Assembly: GCA_052327205.1 (NCBI GenBank)
Contig: CM126207.1
Coordinates: 183,272,001 to 183,336,000, forward strand
Direction of reading: 5' to 3'
Length of the DNA stretch: 64,000 bases
Source of the DNA: Somniosus microcephalus
Taxonomy: Eukaryota
The position numbers and the translations under genes were made by a program. Below the pieces are notes generated by a model. It worked only from the letters and a program-made list of their open reading frames with translations, was not told the origin of the DNA and searched no databases. Position 1 is the first letter of the stretch; each line of letters starts with the position of its first letter. Below are positions 51,600-64,000 of the stretch, piece by piece.

Positions 51600-54500
51600 C
51601 CTGGTATAGAGACCGCCTGGTTTAGAGACCGCCCGGTGTGGAGACTGTCCGGTATTCAGACTGCCCAGTATAGAAACCACCCAGTATAGAGGCCGCCTGG
51701 TGTGCTGACCGCCCGGTATAGAGACAGCTTGGTGTAGAGACAGCCTGGTATCGAGACTGTCCAGTATAGAATCAGTCCGGATTAGCGACCGCCCAGTTTA
51801 GTGACCGCACGGTATAGACATCGCCCGATATAGAGAACGCCCGGTATAGAAGCCGCGTGGTATAGAGACCGCCCGGTATAGAGACTGTCCGGTATAGAAA
51901 CAGTCCAGAATAGAGAGCGCCCGGTATAGAGAGCGACTGGTATAGAGACCACTCATGAGGAGTCCACCCGCTATAGAGACGGTCCGGTATAGAGACCATA
52001 CGGTATGGAAACCGCCCGGTGTGGAGACGGTCCGGTATAGAGACCACCCATTATAGCGACTGCCCGGTAAAGAGACCGTCCGGTATAGAGACAGCCCGGT
52101 ATAAAGACCGCTCGGTATAGATACCATCTGGTATATAGATCACTTGGTATAAAGACTACCCGGTATAGAGACAGCTCGGTGTGGAGACCGCCCAGTATAA
52201 AGACCGCCCAGTATAGAGAGCATCCGATGAGGAGACAGCCCGATATAGAGACCGTCCTTTATAGAGAACACCCGGTAAAGAGAACGTCCGGTATAGAGAC
52301 CACCCGGTATAGTGACCGTCTGGTATAGTGACTGCCGGTGCAGAGACTGCCCGGTATAGAGACCGTCCTGTATTGAAACTGCCCGGTGCGGAGACCGTCC
52401 AGTATAGAGACCACTCAGTATAGAGACTGCCTGGTATAGAGACCATTCTGTATAGAGACAGCCCAGTAATGGGACCGCCCGGTATAGACACCACTCGTTA
52501 TAGAGACTGCCCGGTATAGAGATTGCCCAGTATAGAGACAGCATGTAGTGGAGACCACCCGGTATAGAGACCGCCCGTTATAAACCCCCATTATAGAGAC
52601 CGTCCTGTAAAGAGTTCACCTGGTATATAGACCACCCGGTATAGAGACCACCTGGTATAGAGACTATCCAGTATAGAGACTGCCCAGTGTGGTGACCGCT
52701 TTGAGCAGAGACAGCCCAGTATCGAGACTGTCCAGTATGGAAACAGTCCGGAATAGAGACAGCCCAGTATAGAGACCACATGTTATAGACATCGCCCGAT
52801 ACAGAGAATGCCCGGTATACAAACCATGTGGTATAGAGTCCTCCCAGTGTAGAGTCCTCCCGGTGTGGAATCCTCCCGGTGTGGAGTCCTCCCGGTATGG
52901 AGACCTCCCGGTGTGGAGCCCTCCCGGTGTGGAGCCCTCCCAGTGTGGAGTCCTCCTGGTGTGGAACCCTCCCGGTATGGATTCCTCCCAGTGTGGAGTC
53001 CTCCCGGTGTGGAGCACTCCCGGTGTGGAGCCCTCCCGGTATGGAGCACTCCCGCTGTGGAGCCCTCCCAGTGTGAAGTCCTCCCGGTATAGAGACCGTC
53101 TGGTATGGAGACCACCCAGTATATAGATCCCCGATATAGAGATCATCCCGTATAGTGATCGCCGGTATATAGACCGCCCGGTATAGAGACCGCCCGGTGT
53201 GGTGACCACCTGGTATAGAGACTGTCCAGTGTAGAAACGGCCTGGAATAGAGACCACCCAGTTTATAGACCGCACGGAATAGACATCACCCGATATAGAG
53301 AATGCGCGGTATAGAACCTGCGTGGTATAGAGACAGTCCAGTAGAGAGAGCTCCCGGTATAGAGTACTCCCGGTATAGAGACTGCCCGGTGTAGAGACTG
53401 TCCAGTATAGTGACTGCCCGGTGCAGAGACTGCCCGGTATACAGTACACCCGGTATAAAGACCACCCGGTATAGCGACCAATCAGTGTGGAGACCGGCCG
53501 GTATAGAGACCGGCCAGTATAATGACCGCCTAGTACAAAGACCGCCCGGTATAGAGACCGCCCTGTATAGAAACCACCCGGTGTGGAGACCGTCCGGTGT
53601 TGAGACCACCCTGTATAGAGACTGCCCGGTATAGAGACCATTCGGTATAGATACAGCCCGGTATAGGGACCGCCCGGTATAGACACCGCTCGTTATCGAG
53701 ACTGCCCGGTATAGAGATTGCCGAGTATTGAGACAGCACATAGTGGAGACCGCCTGGTATAGCGCCTGCCCATTATAGAACCCTGATATAGAGACCGCCC
53801 AGTAAAGAGTTCGCCTGGTATATAGACCACCCGGTATAGAGACCACCTGGTATAGAGTCCATCTGGTATAGAGACCACCCGGTGTGGAGACTTTCCACTA
53901 TAGGTACAGCCCAGTATAGCAACCGCATGGTAAAGAGACTGCCTGGTTTAGAGACCACCTGGAGTGGTGACCGCCCGGTATAGTGACTGTTTTGTGTAGA
54001 GACAGCCCGGTATCGAGACTGTCCAGTATAGAAACAGTCCGGAATAGAGGCCACCCAGTATAGAGACCGCATGTTATAGACATCGCCCGATATAGAGTCC
54101 TCCCGGTATAGAGTCCTCCCGGTATAGAGTCCGCCCAGTATAGTGGCCACCCGGTATAGAGACCGCCCAGTATAGAGACTGCCCAGTAAAGAGACCGTCC
54201 GGTATAGAGACAGCCCGGTTTAGGGACCCCCCGATATAGGGACTGTCTGATATTTGGAGCGCCTGATATAAAGACCGCCCGGTATAGAGACAGCTCGGTG
54301 TGGAGACCGCCCAGTATAGAGACTGCCCGGTATAAAGACCGCCCAGTATAGAGAGCATCCAGTGAGGAGACCGCCTGATATAGAGACTGTCCTGTATAGA
54401 GAACACCCGGTATAGAGACCGTCCATTATAGAGACCACCCGGTATGATGACCATCTGGTATAGAGACTGCCCGGTGCAGAGACTGCTCGGTATACAGTAC

Positions 54501-57500
54501 GGCCAGTATAAAGACCACCCGTTATAAAGACCAATCGGTGTGGAGAGCGGCCGGTATAGAGACCGCCCGGTATAAAGAACACCCGATATAGAGACCGCCT
54601 GGTATAGAGACCATCCGGTATAGTGGCTGCACAGTGCAGGGACTGCCCGGTAAACAGAAAGCCCGGTATAAAGACCGCCCGGTATAGAGACCGCCCAGTA
54701 TAAAGACCGCACGGCATAGATACCATTCTATATAGAAACTGCCGGAGTGGAGCCCATCTGGTATAGAGACCGCCCAATATAGAGACCACCCGGCATAGAG
54801 AACGCCTGGTGTGGAGACCGCCCATTTTAGAGACTGCCCGGTATAGAGACCGACCAAAATGTATACAATCCAGTATAGAGACAGTCCGGTATTGACACCA
54901 CATGGTATAGGGACCGGCCAGTGTGGAGACTGCCTGGTATAGAGACCACCCAGTATAGAGACCTCCTGGTATGCGGCCGCCCGGTATAGAGACCGCCTGG
55001 TGTGGAGACCGCCTGGTGTGGAGACCAACCGGTGTGGAGACTGCCTGGTGTGGAGACCACCCGCTGTGGAGACCGCCCGCTCCACAGACCGCCCGGTATA
55101 CAGACCAACCGGTATACAGACCACCTGATATAGAGACTATCCAGTATAGAGGCCACACGGTATGGAGAAAACCTTGTATAGAGACCATCCGGTATAGAGA
55201 CAGCCCGGTGTGGCGACTTTCCACAATAGAGACCGCCCGGTATAGAGACTGCATGGTAAAGAGACAGCCTGTTTTAGAGACTGCCCAGTGTGGAGCCTGT
55301 CCGGTATTCAGACTCCCCAGTACAGAAACCACCCAGTATAGAGACCACCTGGTGTGCTGACCGCCGGTATAGAGACAGTTTGGTGTAGAGACTGCCCAGT
55401 ATCGAGACTGTCCTGTATAGAAACAGTCTGGAATAGAGACCGCCCAGTTTATAGACCACACGGTATAGACATCGCCCGATATAGAGAACGCCCGGTATAG
55501 AAACCGCGTGGTATAGAGACAGTCCAGTATAGAGAGCTCCCGGTATAGAATCCGCCCGGTATAGAGACAGCCCGGTATAGAGACTGTCCAGTATAGAAAC
55601 AGTCCAGAATAGAGAGCGCCCAGTATGGAGAGCGACTGGTATAGAGACCACTCATGAGGAGTCCACCCGCTATAGAGACGGTCCGGTATAGAGACCATAC
55701 GGTATGGAAACCGCCCGGTGTGGAGACGGTCCGGTATAGAGACCACCCATTATAGCGACTGCCCGGTAAGGAGACCGTCCGGTATAGAGACAGCCCGGTA
55801 TAAAGACCGCTCGGTATAGATACCATCTGGTATATAGATCACTTGGTATAAAGACCACCCGGTAAAGAGACAGCTCGGTGTGGAGGCCGCCCAGTATAAA
55901 GACCGCCCAGTATAGAGAGCATCCGATGAGGAGACAGCCCGATATAGAGACCGTCCTTTATAGAGAACACCCGGTATAGAGAACGTCCGGTATAGAGACC
56001 ACCCGGTATAGTGACCGTCTGGTATAGCGACTGCCGGTGCAGAGACTGCCCAGTATAGAGACCGTCCTGTATTGAAACTGCCCGGTGTGGAGACCGTCCA
56101 GTATAGACACCACTCGTTATAGAGACTGCCCGGTATAGAGATTGCCCAGTATAGAGACAGCACATAGTGGAGAACACCCGGTATAGAGACCGCCCGTTAT
56201 AAACCCCCATTATAGAGACCGTCCTGTAAAGAGTTCACCTGGTATATAGACCACCCGGTATAGAGACCACCTGGTATAGAGACTATCCAGTATATAGACT
56301 GCCTGGTGTGGTGAACGCTTTGAGCAGAGACAGCCCAGTATCGAGACTGTCCAGTATGGAAACAGTCCGGAATAGAGACAGCCCAGTATAGAGACCACAT
56401 GGTATAGACATCGCCCGATACAGAGAATGCCCGGTATACAAACCACGTGGTATAGAGTCCTCCCAGTGTAGAGTCCTCCCGGTGTGGAATCCTCCTGGTG
56501 TGGAGTCCTCCCGGTGTGGAGACCTCCCGGTGTGGAGCCCTCCCGGTGTGGAGCCCTCCCAGTGTGGATCCTCCCCGTGTGGAACCCTCCCGGTGTGGAT
56601 TCCTCCCAGTGTGGAGCCCTCCCGGTGTGGAGCACTCCCAGTGTAGAGCCCTCCCGGTGTGGAGCCCTCCCGCTGTGGAGCCCTCCCAGTGTGGAGTCCT
56701 CCCGGTATAGAGACCGTCTGGTATGGAGACCACCCAGTATATAGATCCCCGATATAGAGATCATCCCGTATAGTGATCGCCGGTATATAGACCGCCCGGT
56801 ATAGAGACCGCCCGGTGTGGTGACCACCTGGTATAGAGATTTTCCAGTGTAGAAACGGCCCGGAATAGAGACCACCCAGTTTATAGATCGCACGGAATAG
56901 ACATCACCCGATATAGAGAATGCCCGGTATAGAACCTGCGTGGTATAGAGACAGTCCAGTAGAGAGAGCTCCCGGTATAGAGTACTCCCGGTATAGAGAC
57001 TGCCCAGTGCAGAGACTGCCCGGTATACAGAACGCCCGGTATAAAGACCACCCGGTATAGAGACCAATCAGTGTGGAGGCCGGCCGGTATAGAGAGCGGC
57101 CAGTATAGTGACCACCCAGCACAAAGACCGCCCGGTATAGAGACCGTCCTGTATAGAAACCACCCGGTGTGGAGACCGTCCAGTGTAGAGACCACCCTGT
57201 ATAGAGACTGCCGGTATAGAGACCATTCGGTATAGATACAGCCCGGTATAGGGACCGCCCGGTATAGACACCGCTCGTTATAGAGACTGCCCGGTATAGA
57301 GATTGCCGAGTATTGAGACAGCACATAGTGGAGACCGCCTGGTATAGCGCCTGCCCATTATAGAACCCTGATATAGAGACCGCCCAGTAAAGAGTTCGCC
57401 TGGTATATAGACCACCCGGTATAGAGACCACCTGGTATAGAGACCACCTGGTATAGAGTCCATCTGGTATAGAGACCACCCAGTGTGGAGACTTTCCACT

Positions 57501-59500
57501 ATAGAGACAGCCCAGTATAGCAACCGCATGGTAAAGAGAATGCCTGGTTTAGAGACCACCTGGATTGGTGACCGCCCGGTATAGTGACCGTTTTGTGTAG
57601 AGACAGCCCGGTATTGAGACTGTCCAGTATAGAAACAGTCCGGAATAGAGACCACCCAGTATAGAGGCCGCATGGTATAGACATCGCCCGATATAGAGTC
57701 CTCCCGGTATAGAGTCCTCCCGGTATAGAGTCCTCCCGGTATAGAGTCCGCCCAGTATAGTGGCCACCCGGTATAGAGACCGCCCAGTATAGAGACTGCC
57801 CAGTAAAGAGACCGTCCGGTACAGAGACAGCCCGGTTTAGGGACCCCCCGATATAGAGACTGTCCGGTATATGGAGCACCTGGTATAAAGACCGCCCGGT
57901 ATAGAGACAGCTCGGTGTGGAGACCGCCCAGTATAGAGACTGCCTGGTATAAAGACCACCCAGTATAGAGAGCATCCGGTGAGGAGACCGCCTTATATAG
58001 AGACTGTCCTGTATAGAGAACACCCGGTATAGAGGCCGTCCATTATAGAGACCACCCGGTATGGTGACCATCTGGTATAGAGACTGCCCGGTGCAGAGAC
58101 TGCTCGGTATACAGTACGGCCAGTATTAAGACCACCCGTTATAAAGACCAATCGGTGTGGAGAGCGGCCGGTATAGAGACCGCCCGGTATAAAGACCACC
58201 CGATATAGAGACCGCCTGGTATAGAGACCATCTGGTATAGTGTCTGCACAGTGCAGGGACTGCCCGGTAAAGAGAAAGCCCGGTATAAAGACCGCCCGGT
58301 ATAGAGACCGCCCAGTATAAAGACCGCATGGTATAGATACCATTCTATATAGAAACTGCCAGAGTGGAGCCCATCTGGTATAGAGACCGCCCAATATAGA
58401 GACCACCCGGCATAGAGAACGCCTGGTGTGGAGACCGCCCATTTTAGAGACTGCCCGGTATAGAGACCAACCGAAATGTATACAATCCAGTATAGACACA
58501 GTCCGGTATTGACACCACATGGTATAGGGACCGGCCAGTGTGGAGACTGCCTGGTATAGAGACCACCCAGTATAGAGACCACCCGGTAAAGAGACCACAC
58601 AGTATAGAGACCTCCTGGTATGCGGCCGCCCGGTATAGAGACCGCTTGGTGTGGAGACCGCCCGGTGTGGAGACCAACTGGTGTGGAGACTGCCCGGTGT
58701 GGAGACCACCCGCTGTGGAGACCGCCCGCTCCACAGACCGCCCGGTATACAGACCAACCGGTAAACAGACCACCTGATATAGAGACTATCCAGTATAGAG
58801 GCCACACGGTATGGAGAAAACCTTGTATAGAGACCATCCAGTATAGAGACAGACCGGTGTGGAGACTTTCCACAATAGAGACCGCCCGGTATAGAGACTG
58901 CATGGTAAAGAGACAGCCTGTTTTAGAGACCGCCCAGTGTGGAGCCTGTCCGGTATTCAGACTCCCCAGTACAGAAACCACCCGGTATAGAGACCACCTG
59001 GTGTGCTGACCGCCGGTATAGAGACAGTTTGGTGTAGAGACTGCCCAGTATCGAGACTGTCCTGTATAGAAACAGTCTGGAATAGAGACCGCCCAGTTTA
59101 TAGACCACACGGTATAGACATCGCCCGATATAGAGAACGCCCGGTATAGAAACCGTGTGGTATAGAGACAGTCCAGTATAGAGAGCTCCCGGTATAGAGT
59201 CCGCCCAGTATAGAGACTGCCCGGTATAGAGACTGTCCAGTATAGAAACAGTCCAGAATAGAGAGCGCCCGGTATAGAGAGCGACTGGTATAGAGACCAC
59301 TCATGAGGAGTCCACCCGGTATAGAGACCGTCCGGTATAGAGACCATCCGGTATGGAAACCGCCCGGTGTGGAGATAGTCCAGAATAGAGTCCACCCATT
59401 ATAGAGACTGCCCGGTAAAGAGACCGTACGGTATAGAGACAGCCCGGTATAGGGACCCCCCGATATAGAGACCATCCGGTATTTAGATCGCGTGGTATAA
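51600..59500. repeat. Tandem ~3.6-3.7 kb higher-order unit (two copies plus a partial third)
   Basis: ACTCATGAGGAGTCCACC at ~51951, ~55650 and ~59299; ORF pairs 54971/58620 (3649) and 52591/56210 (3619). Confidence 0.8.
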
Positions 59501-62500
59501 AGAGCGCCCGGTACAGAGACAGCTCGGTGTGGAGGCCGCCCAGTATAAAGACCGCCCGGTACAGAGAGCATCCGGTGAGGAGAAAGCCCGATATAGAGAC
59601 CGTCCTGTACAGAGAACACCCGGTAAAGAGAACGTCCGGTATAGAGAACATCCTGTATGGAAACCGCCCGGTGTGGAGACAGTCTGGTATAGAGACCACC
59701 CATTATAGAGACTGCCTGGTAAAGAGACCGTATGGTATAGAGACAGCCCGGTATAGAGAACCCCGATATAGAGACCATCCAGTATATAGATCGCCTGGTA
59801 TAAAGACCGCCCGGTATAGAGACAGCTCAGTGTGGAGGCCGCCCTGTATAAAGGCCGCCCAGTATAGAGAGCATCCAGTGAGGAGACAGCCCGATATAGA
59901 GATCGTCCTGTATAGAGAACACCCGGTAAAAAGTACATCCGGTATAGAGACCACCCGGTATAGTGACTGTCCGGTATAGTGACTACCAGTGCAGAGACTG
60001 CCCGGTATAGAGACCGTCCTGTATAGTGACTGCTCGGTGCAGAGACTGCCCGGTATACAGTACACCCGGTATAAAGACCACCCGGTATAGAGACCAATCA
60101 GTGTGGAGACAGCCCAGAATAGAGACAGCCCAGCATGAAGACCACCCGGTATAGAGACATTCCTGTATAGAAACTGCCCGGTGTGGAGACCGTCTGGTAT
60201 AGAGACCACCCTGTATAGAGACTGCCCGGTATAGAGACCACCCGGTATAGTGACTGTCCGGTATAATGACTACCGGTGCAGAGACTGCCCGGTATAGAGA
60301 CGGTCCTGTATAGAAACTGCCCGGTGTGGAGACCGTCCAGTATAGAGACCACCCAGTATAGAGGCAGCCTGGTATGGAGACCATTCTGTATAGAGACAGC
60401 CCGGTATAGGGACCGCCCGGTATAGACACCGCTCGTTATAGAGACTGCCCGGTATAGAAATTACCGAGTATAGAGGCAGCACGTAGTGGAGACCGCCCAG
60501 TATAGAGACCACCCATTCTAAACCGCCATTATAGAGACCGTCCTGTAAAGAGTTCACCTGGTATATTGACCACCCGGTATACAGACCACCTGGTACAGAG
60601 ACCATCCAGTATAGAGACCGCCCGGTGTGGTGACCACCCGGTATAGTGACCGCTTTGAGCAGAGACAGCCCGGTATCGAGACTGTCCAGTATGGAGACCG
60701 TCCAGAATAGACACTGCCCAGTATAGAGACCGCACGGTATAGACATCGCCCGATATAGAGAATGCCCGGTATACAAACTGCGTGGTATAGAGTCCTCCCG
60801 GTGTAGAGCCCTCCCGGTGTGGAATCCTCCCGGTGTGGAGTCCTCCTGGTGTGGAGTCCACCCGGTGTGGATCCCTCCCGGTGTGGAGCACTCCCGGTAT
60901 GGAGCCCTCCCGCTGTGGAGCCCTCCCAGTGTGGAGTCCTCCCGGTATAGAGACTGTCTGGTATGGAGACCACCCAGTATATAGATCACCGATATAGAGA
61001 TCGTCCGGTATAGAGATCGCCGGAATATAGACCGCCCGGTATAGAGACAGCCCGGTGGGGTGACCGCCCGGTATAGAGACTGTCCAGTATAGAAAGGGCC
61101 TGGCATAGAGACCGCCCAGTTTAGAGGCCGCACGGAAAATTCATCACCCGATATAGAGAATGCCCGGTATAGAAACTGCGGGGTATAGAGACAGTCCAGT
61201 ACAGGAACAGTCCAGAATAGAGAGCGCCCGGTATAGAGAGCGACTGGTATAGAGACCACTCATGAGCAGACCACCCGGAATAGAGACCATCCGGTATAGA
61301 GACCATCCGGTATGGAAACCGCCCGGTGTGGAGACCGTCCGGTATAGAGACCACCCATTATAGAGACTTCCCGGTAAAGAGACTGTACAGTATAGAGACA
61401 GCCCGGTATAGGGACCCCCCGATATAGAGACCACCCGGTATATAGATCGCCTGGTAGAGATACAGCTCAGTGTGGAGGCCGCCCAGTATAAAGACCACCC
61501 AATATAGAGAGCATCTGGTGAGGAGCTAGCCCGACATAGAGACCGTCCTGTATAAAGAACACCCAGTAAAGAGAATGTCTGGTATAGAGACCACCCGGTA
61601 TAGTGACCGTCCGGTATAGTGACTGCCAGTGCAGAGACTGCCCGGTATAGAGACCGTCCAGTATAGTGACTGCCCGGTGCAGAGAATGCTCGGTATACAG
61701 TACGCCCGGTATAAAGACCACCCGGTATAGAGACCAATCAGTGTGGAGACCACCCAGTATAAAGACCACCCAGTATAGAGACCTTCCTGTATAGAAACCG
61801 CCCGGTGTGGAGACCGTCTGGTATAGAGCCCACCCTGTATAGAGTCTGCCCGGTATAGAGACCACCCGGTATAGTGACCGTCCGGTATAGTGACTGCCAG
61901 TGCAGAGACTGCCCAGTATAGAGACCTTCCTGTATAGAAACTGCCCGGTGTGGAGACTGTCCGGTATAGAGACCACCCAGTATAGAGACTGCCTGGTATG
62001 GAGACCATTCTGTATAGAGACAGCCCGGTATAGGGACCGCCCGGTATAGACACCACTCGTTATAAAGACTGCCTGGTATAGAGATTGCCCAGTATAGAGA
62101 CAGCACATAGTGGAGACCGCCCGGTATAGAGACCGCCCGTTATAAACCCCCATTCTAGACCGTCCTGTAAAGAGTTTGCTGGTATATTGAACACCCGGTA
62201 TAGAGATCACCTGGTACAGAGACCATCCAGTATATAGACCACCCGGTGTGGTGACCGCCCGGTATAGTGACTGCTTTGAGCAGAGACAGCCCGGTATTGA
62301 GACTGTCCAGCATGGAAACCATCCAGAACAGAGACTGCCCAGTATAAAGACCGCAAGATATAGACATCGCCCGATATAGAGAATGCTCGGTATACAAACC
62401 GTGTGGTATAGAGTCCTCCCAGTGTAGAGTTCTACCAGTGTGGAATCCTCCTGGTGTGGAGTCCTCCCGGTGTGGAGTTCTCCCAGTGTGGAGCCCTCTC

Positions 62501-64000
62501 GGTGTGGAGCCCTCCCGGTGTGGAGCCCTCCCGCTTTGATGCCCTCCCAGTGTGGAGTCCTCCCGGTATAGAGACCGTCTGGTACGGAAACCGCCAGTAT
62601 ATAGATCCCCGATATAGAGATCATCCCGTATAGAGATCGCCGGTATATAGACCGCCCGGTATAGAGACAGCCCAGTGTGGTGACCGCCCGGTATAGAGAC
62701 CGCCCGGTGTGGAGACTTTAGACTATAGAGACAGCCTGGTATAGCAACCGCATGGTAAAGAGACTGCCTGGTTTAGAGACCACCTGATGTGGTGACCACC
62801 CGGTATAGTGACCGCTTTGTGTAGAGACAGCTCGGTATCGAGACTGTCCAGTATAGAAACAGTCCGGAATAGAGACCACCCAGTATAGAGACCGCATGGT
62901 ATAGACATCGCCCGATATAGAGTCCTCCCGGTATAGAGTCCTCCCGGTATAGAGTCCGCCCAGTATGGAGACCACCCGGTATAGAGCCTGCCCAGTATAG
63001 AGACTGCCCAGTAAAGAGACCGTCCGGTATAGAGACAGCCCAGTTTAGGGACCCCCCAATATAGAGACTGTCCGGTATATAGAGCGCCTGGTATAAAGAC
63101 CGCCCGGTATAGAGACAGCTCGGTGTGGAGACCGTCCAGGACAGAGACTGCCCGGTATAATGACCGCCCAGTATAGAGAGCATCCGGTGAGGAGACCACC
63201 CGATATAGAGGCCGTCCTGTATAGAGAACACCCGGTATAGAGAACCTCCATTATAGAGACCACCCGGTATAGTGACCATCCGGTATAGTTACTGCCCAGT
63301 GCAGAGACTGCTCGGTATACAATACGCCCAGTATAAAGACCACCTGTTATAAAGACCAATCGGTGTGGAGAGCGGCCAGTATAGAGACTGCCCGGTATAA
63401 AGACCACCCGATATAGAGACCGCCTGGTATAGAGACCATCCGGTATATGACTGCACAGTGCAGGGACTGCCTGGTATACAGAAAGCCCGTTATAAAGACT
63501 GCCCGGTAAAGAGACCGCCCAGTATAAAGGCCGCACAGTATAGATACCATTCTATATCGAAACTGCCAGAGTGGAGCCCATCTGGTATCGAGACCGCCCA
63601 ATATAGAGACCACCCGGCATAGAGACCGCCTGGTGTGGAGACCGCCCATTATAGAGACTGCCCGGTATAGACACCGACCGATATGTACAAAATCCGATAT
63701 AGAGACAGTCCGGTATTCACACCACATGGTATAGGGACCACCCGGTGTGGGGACTGCCTGGTATAGAGAACGCCCAGTATAGAGACCACCCGGTAAAGAG
63801 ACCGCAGAGTATAGAGACCACCTGGTGTGGGGCCGCCCGGTATAGAGACTGCCCGGTGTGGAGACCACCCAGTGTGGAGACCAACCGGTGTGGAGACTGC
63901 CCGGTGTGGAGACCACCCGGTATGGAGCCCTCCTGCTGTGGAGCCCTCCCAGTGTGGAGTCCTCCCGGTATAGAGACTGTCTGGTATGGAGACCACCCAG

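Larger units (their letters stand above)
36157..64000. repeat. 16-bp satellite array, segment 3 (runs off the window end)
   Basis: Same monomer and orientation, more variant-rich, with its own higher-order units. Confidence 0.98.

Noticed and set aside
4725-63996. Hundreds of ORFs in the satellite as protein-coding genes
   Set aside because: They overlap in all frames, translate the same 16-bp repeat, and start and stop at random variants. Substitutions follow CpG decay rather than codon position.
4742-64000. CRISPR-like or antigen-receptor cassette array
   Set aside because: There are no unique spacers between constant repeats, no cas genes, and no recurring RSS heptamer-nonamer or splice architecture. 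The context is eukaryotic retroelements.

Overview
This is eukaryotic, repeat-dominated DNA with no supportable cellular gene. The host is probably a vertebrate; the 3.9-4.1 kb repeat resembles, from memory, a cartilaginous-fish interspersed repeat. Positions 1-3765 hold the 3' part of a Ty3/Gypsy (Mag-like) LTR retrotransposon: gag-PR-RT-RH-IN with two nonsense codons, a PPT and the 3' LTR. A ~1 kb spacer follows, containing an inverted-repeat element with a hammerhead-ribozyme-like core. From ~4742 to the end lies a tandem satellite with a 16-bp monomer (consensus GGTATAGAGACCGCCC). It is organised in nested higher-order repeats with offsets of ~447 bp, ~1.03, ~1.36, ~1.95, ~2.74, ~3.6 and ~9.2-9.3 kb. 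Two insertions interrupt it: a ~340 bp non-LTR retroelement 3' end (30408-30750) and a full-length 4.4 kb Gypsy element on the minus strand (31749-36156; 230-bp LTRs with 2 differences, 5-bp TSD). The most notable signal is that this second element lacks a tRNA primer-binding site and instead has a 13-nt segment perfectly complementary to its own LTR, a self-priming signature. The hundreds of minus-strand ORFs in the satellite are explained by a stop-free monomer, not by genes. All coordinates and offsets were read by eye; no searches were run.
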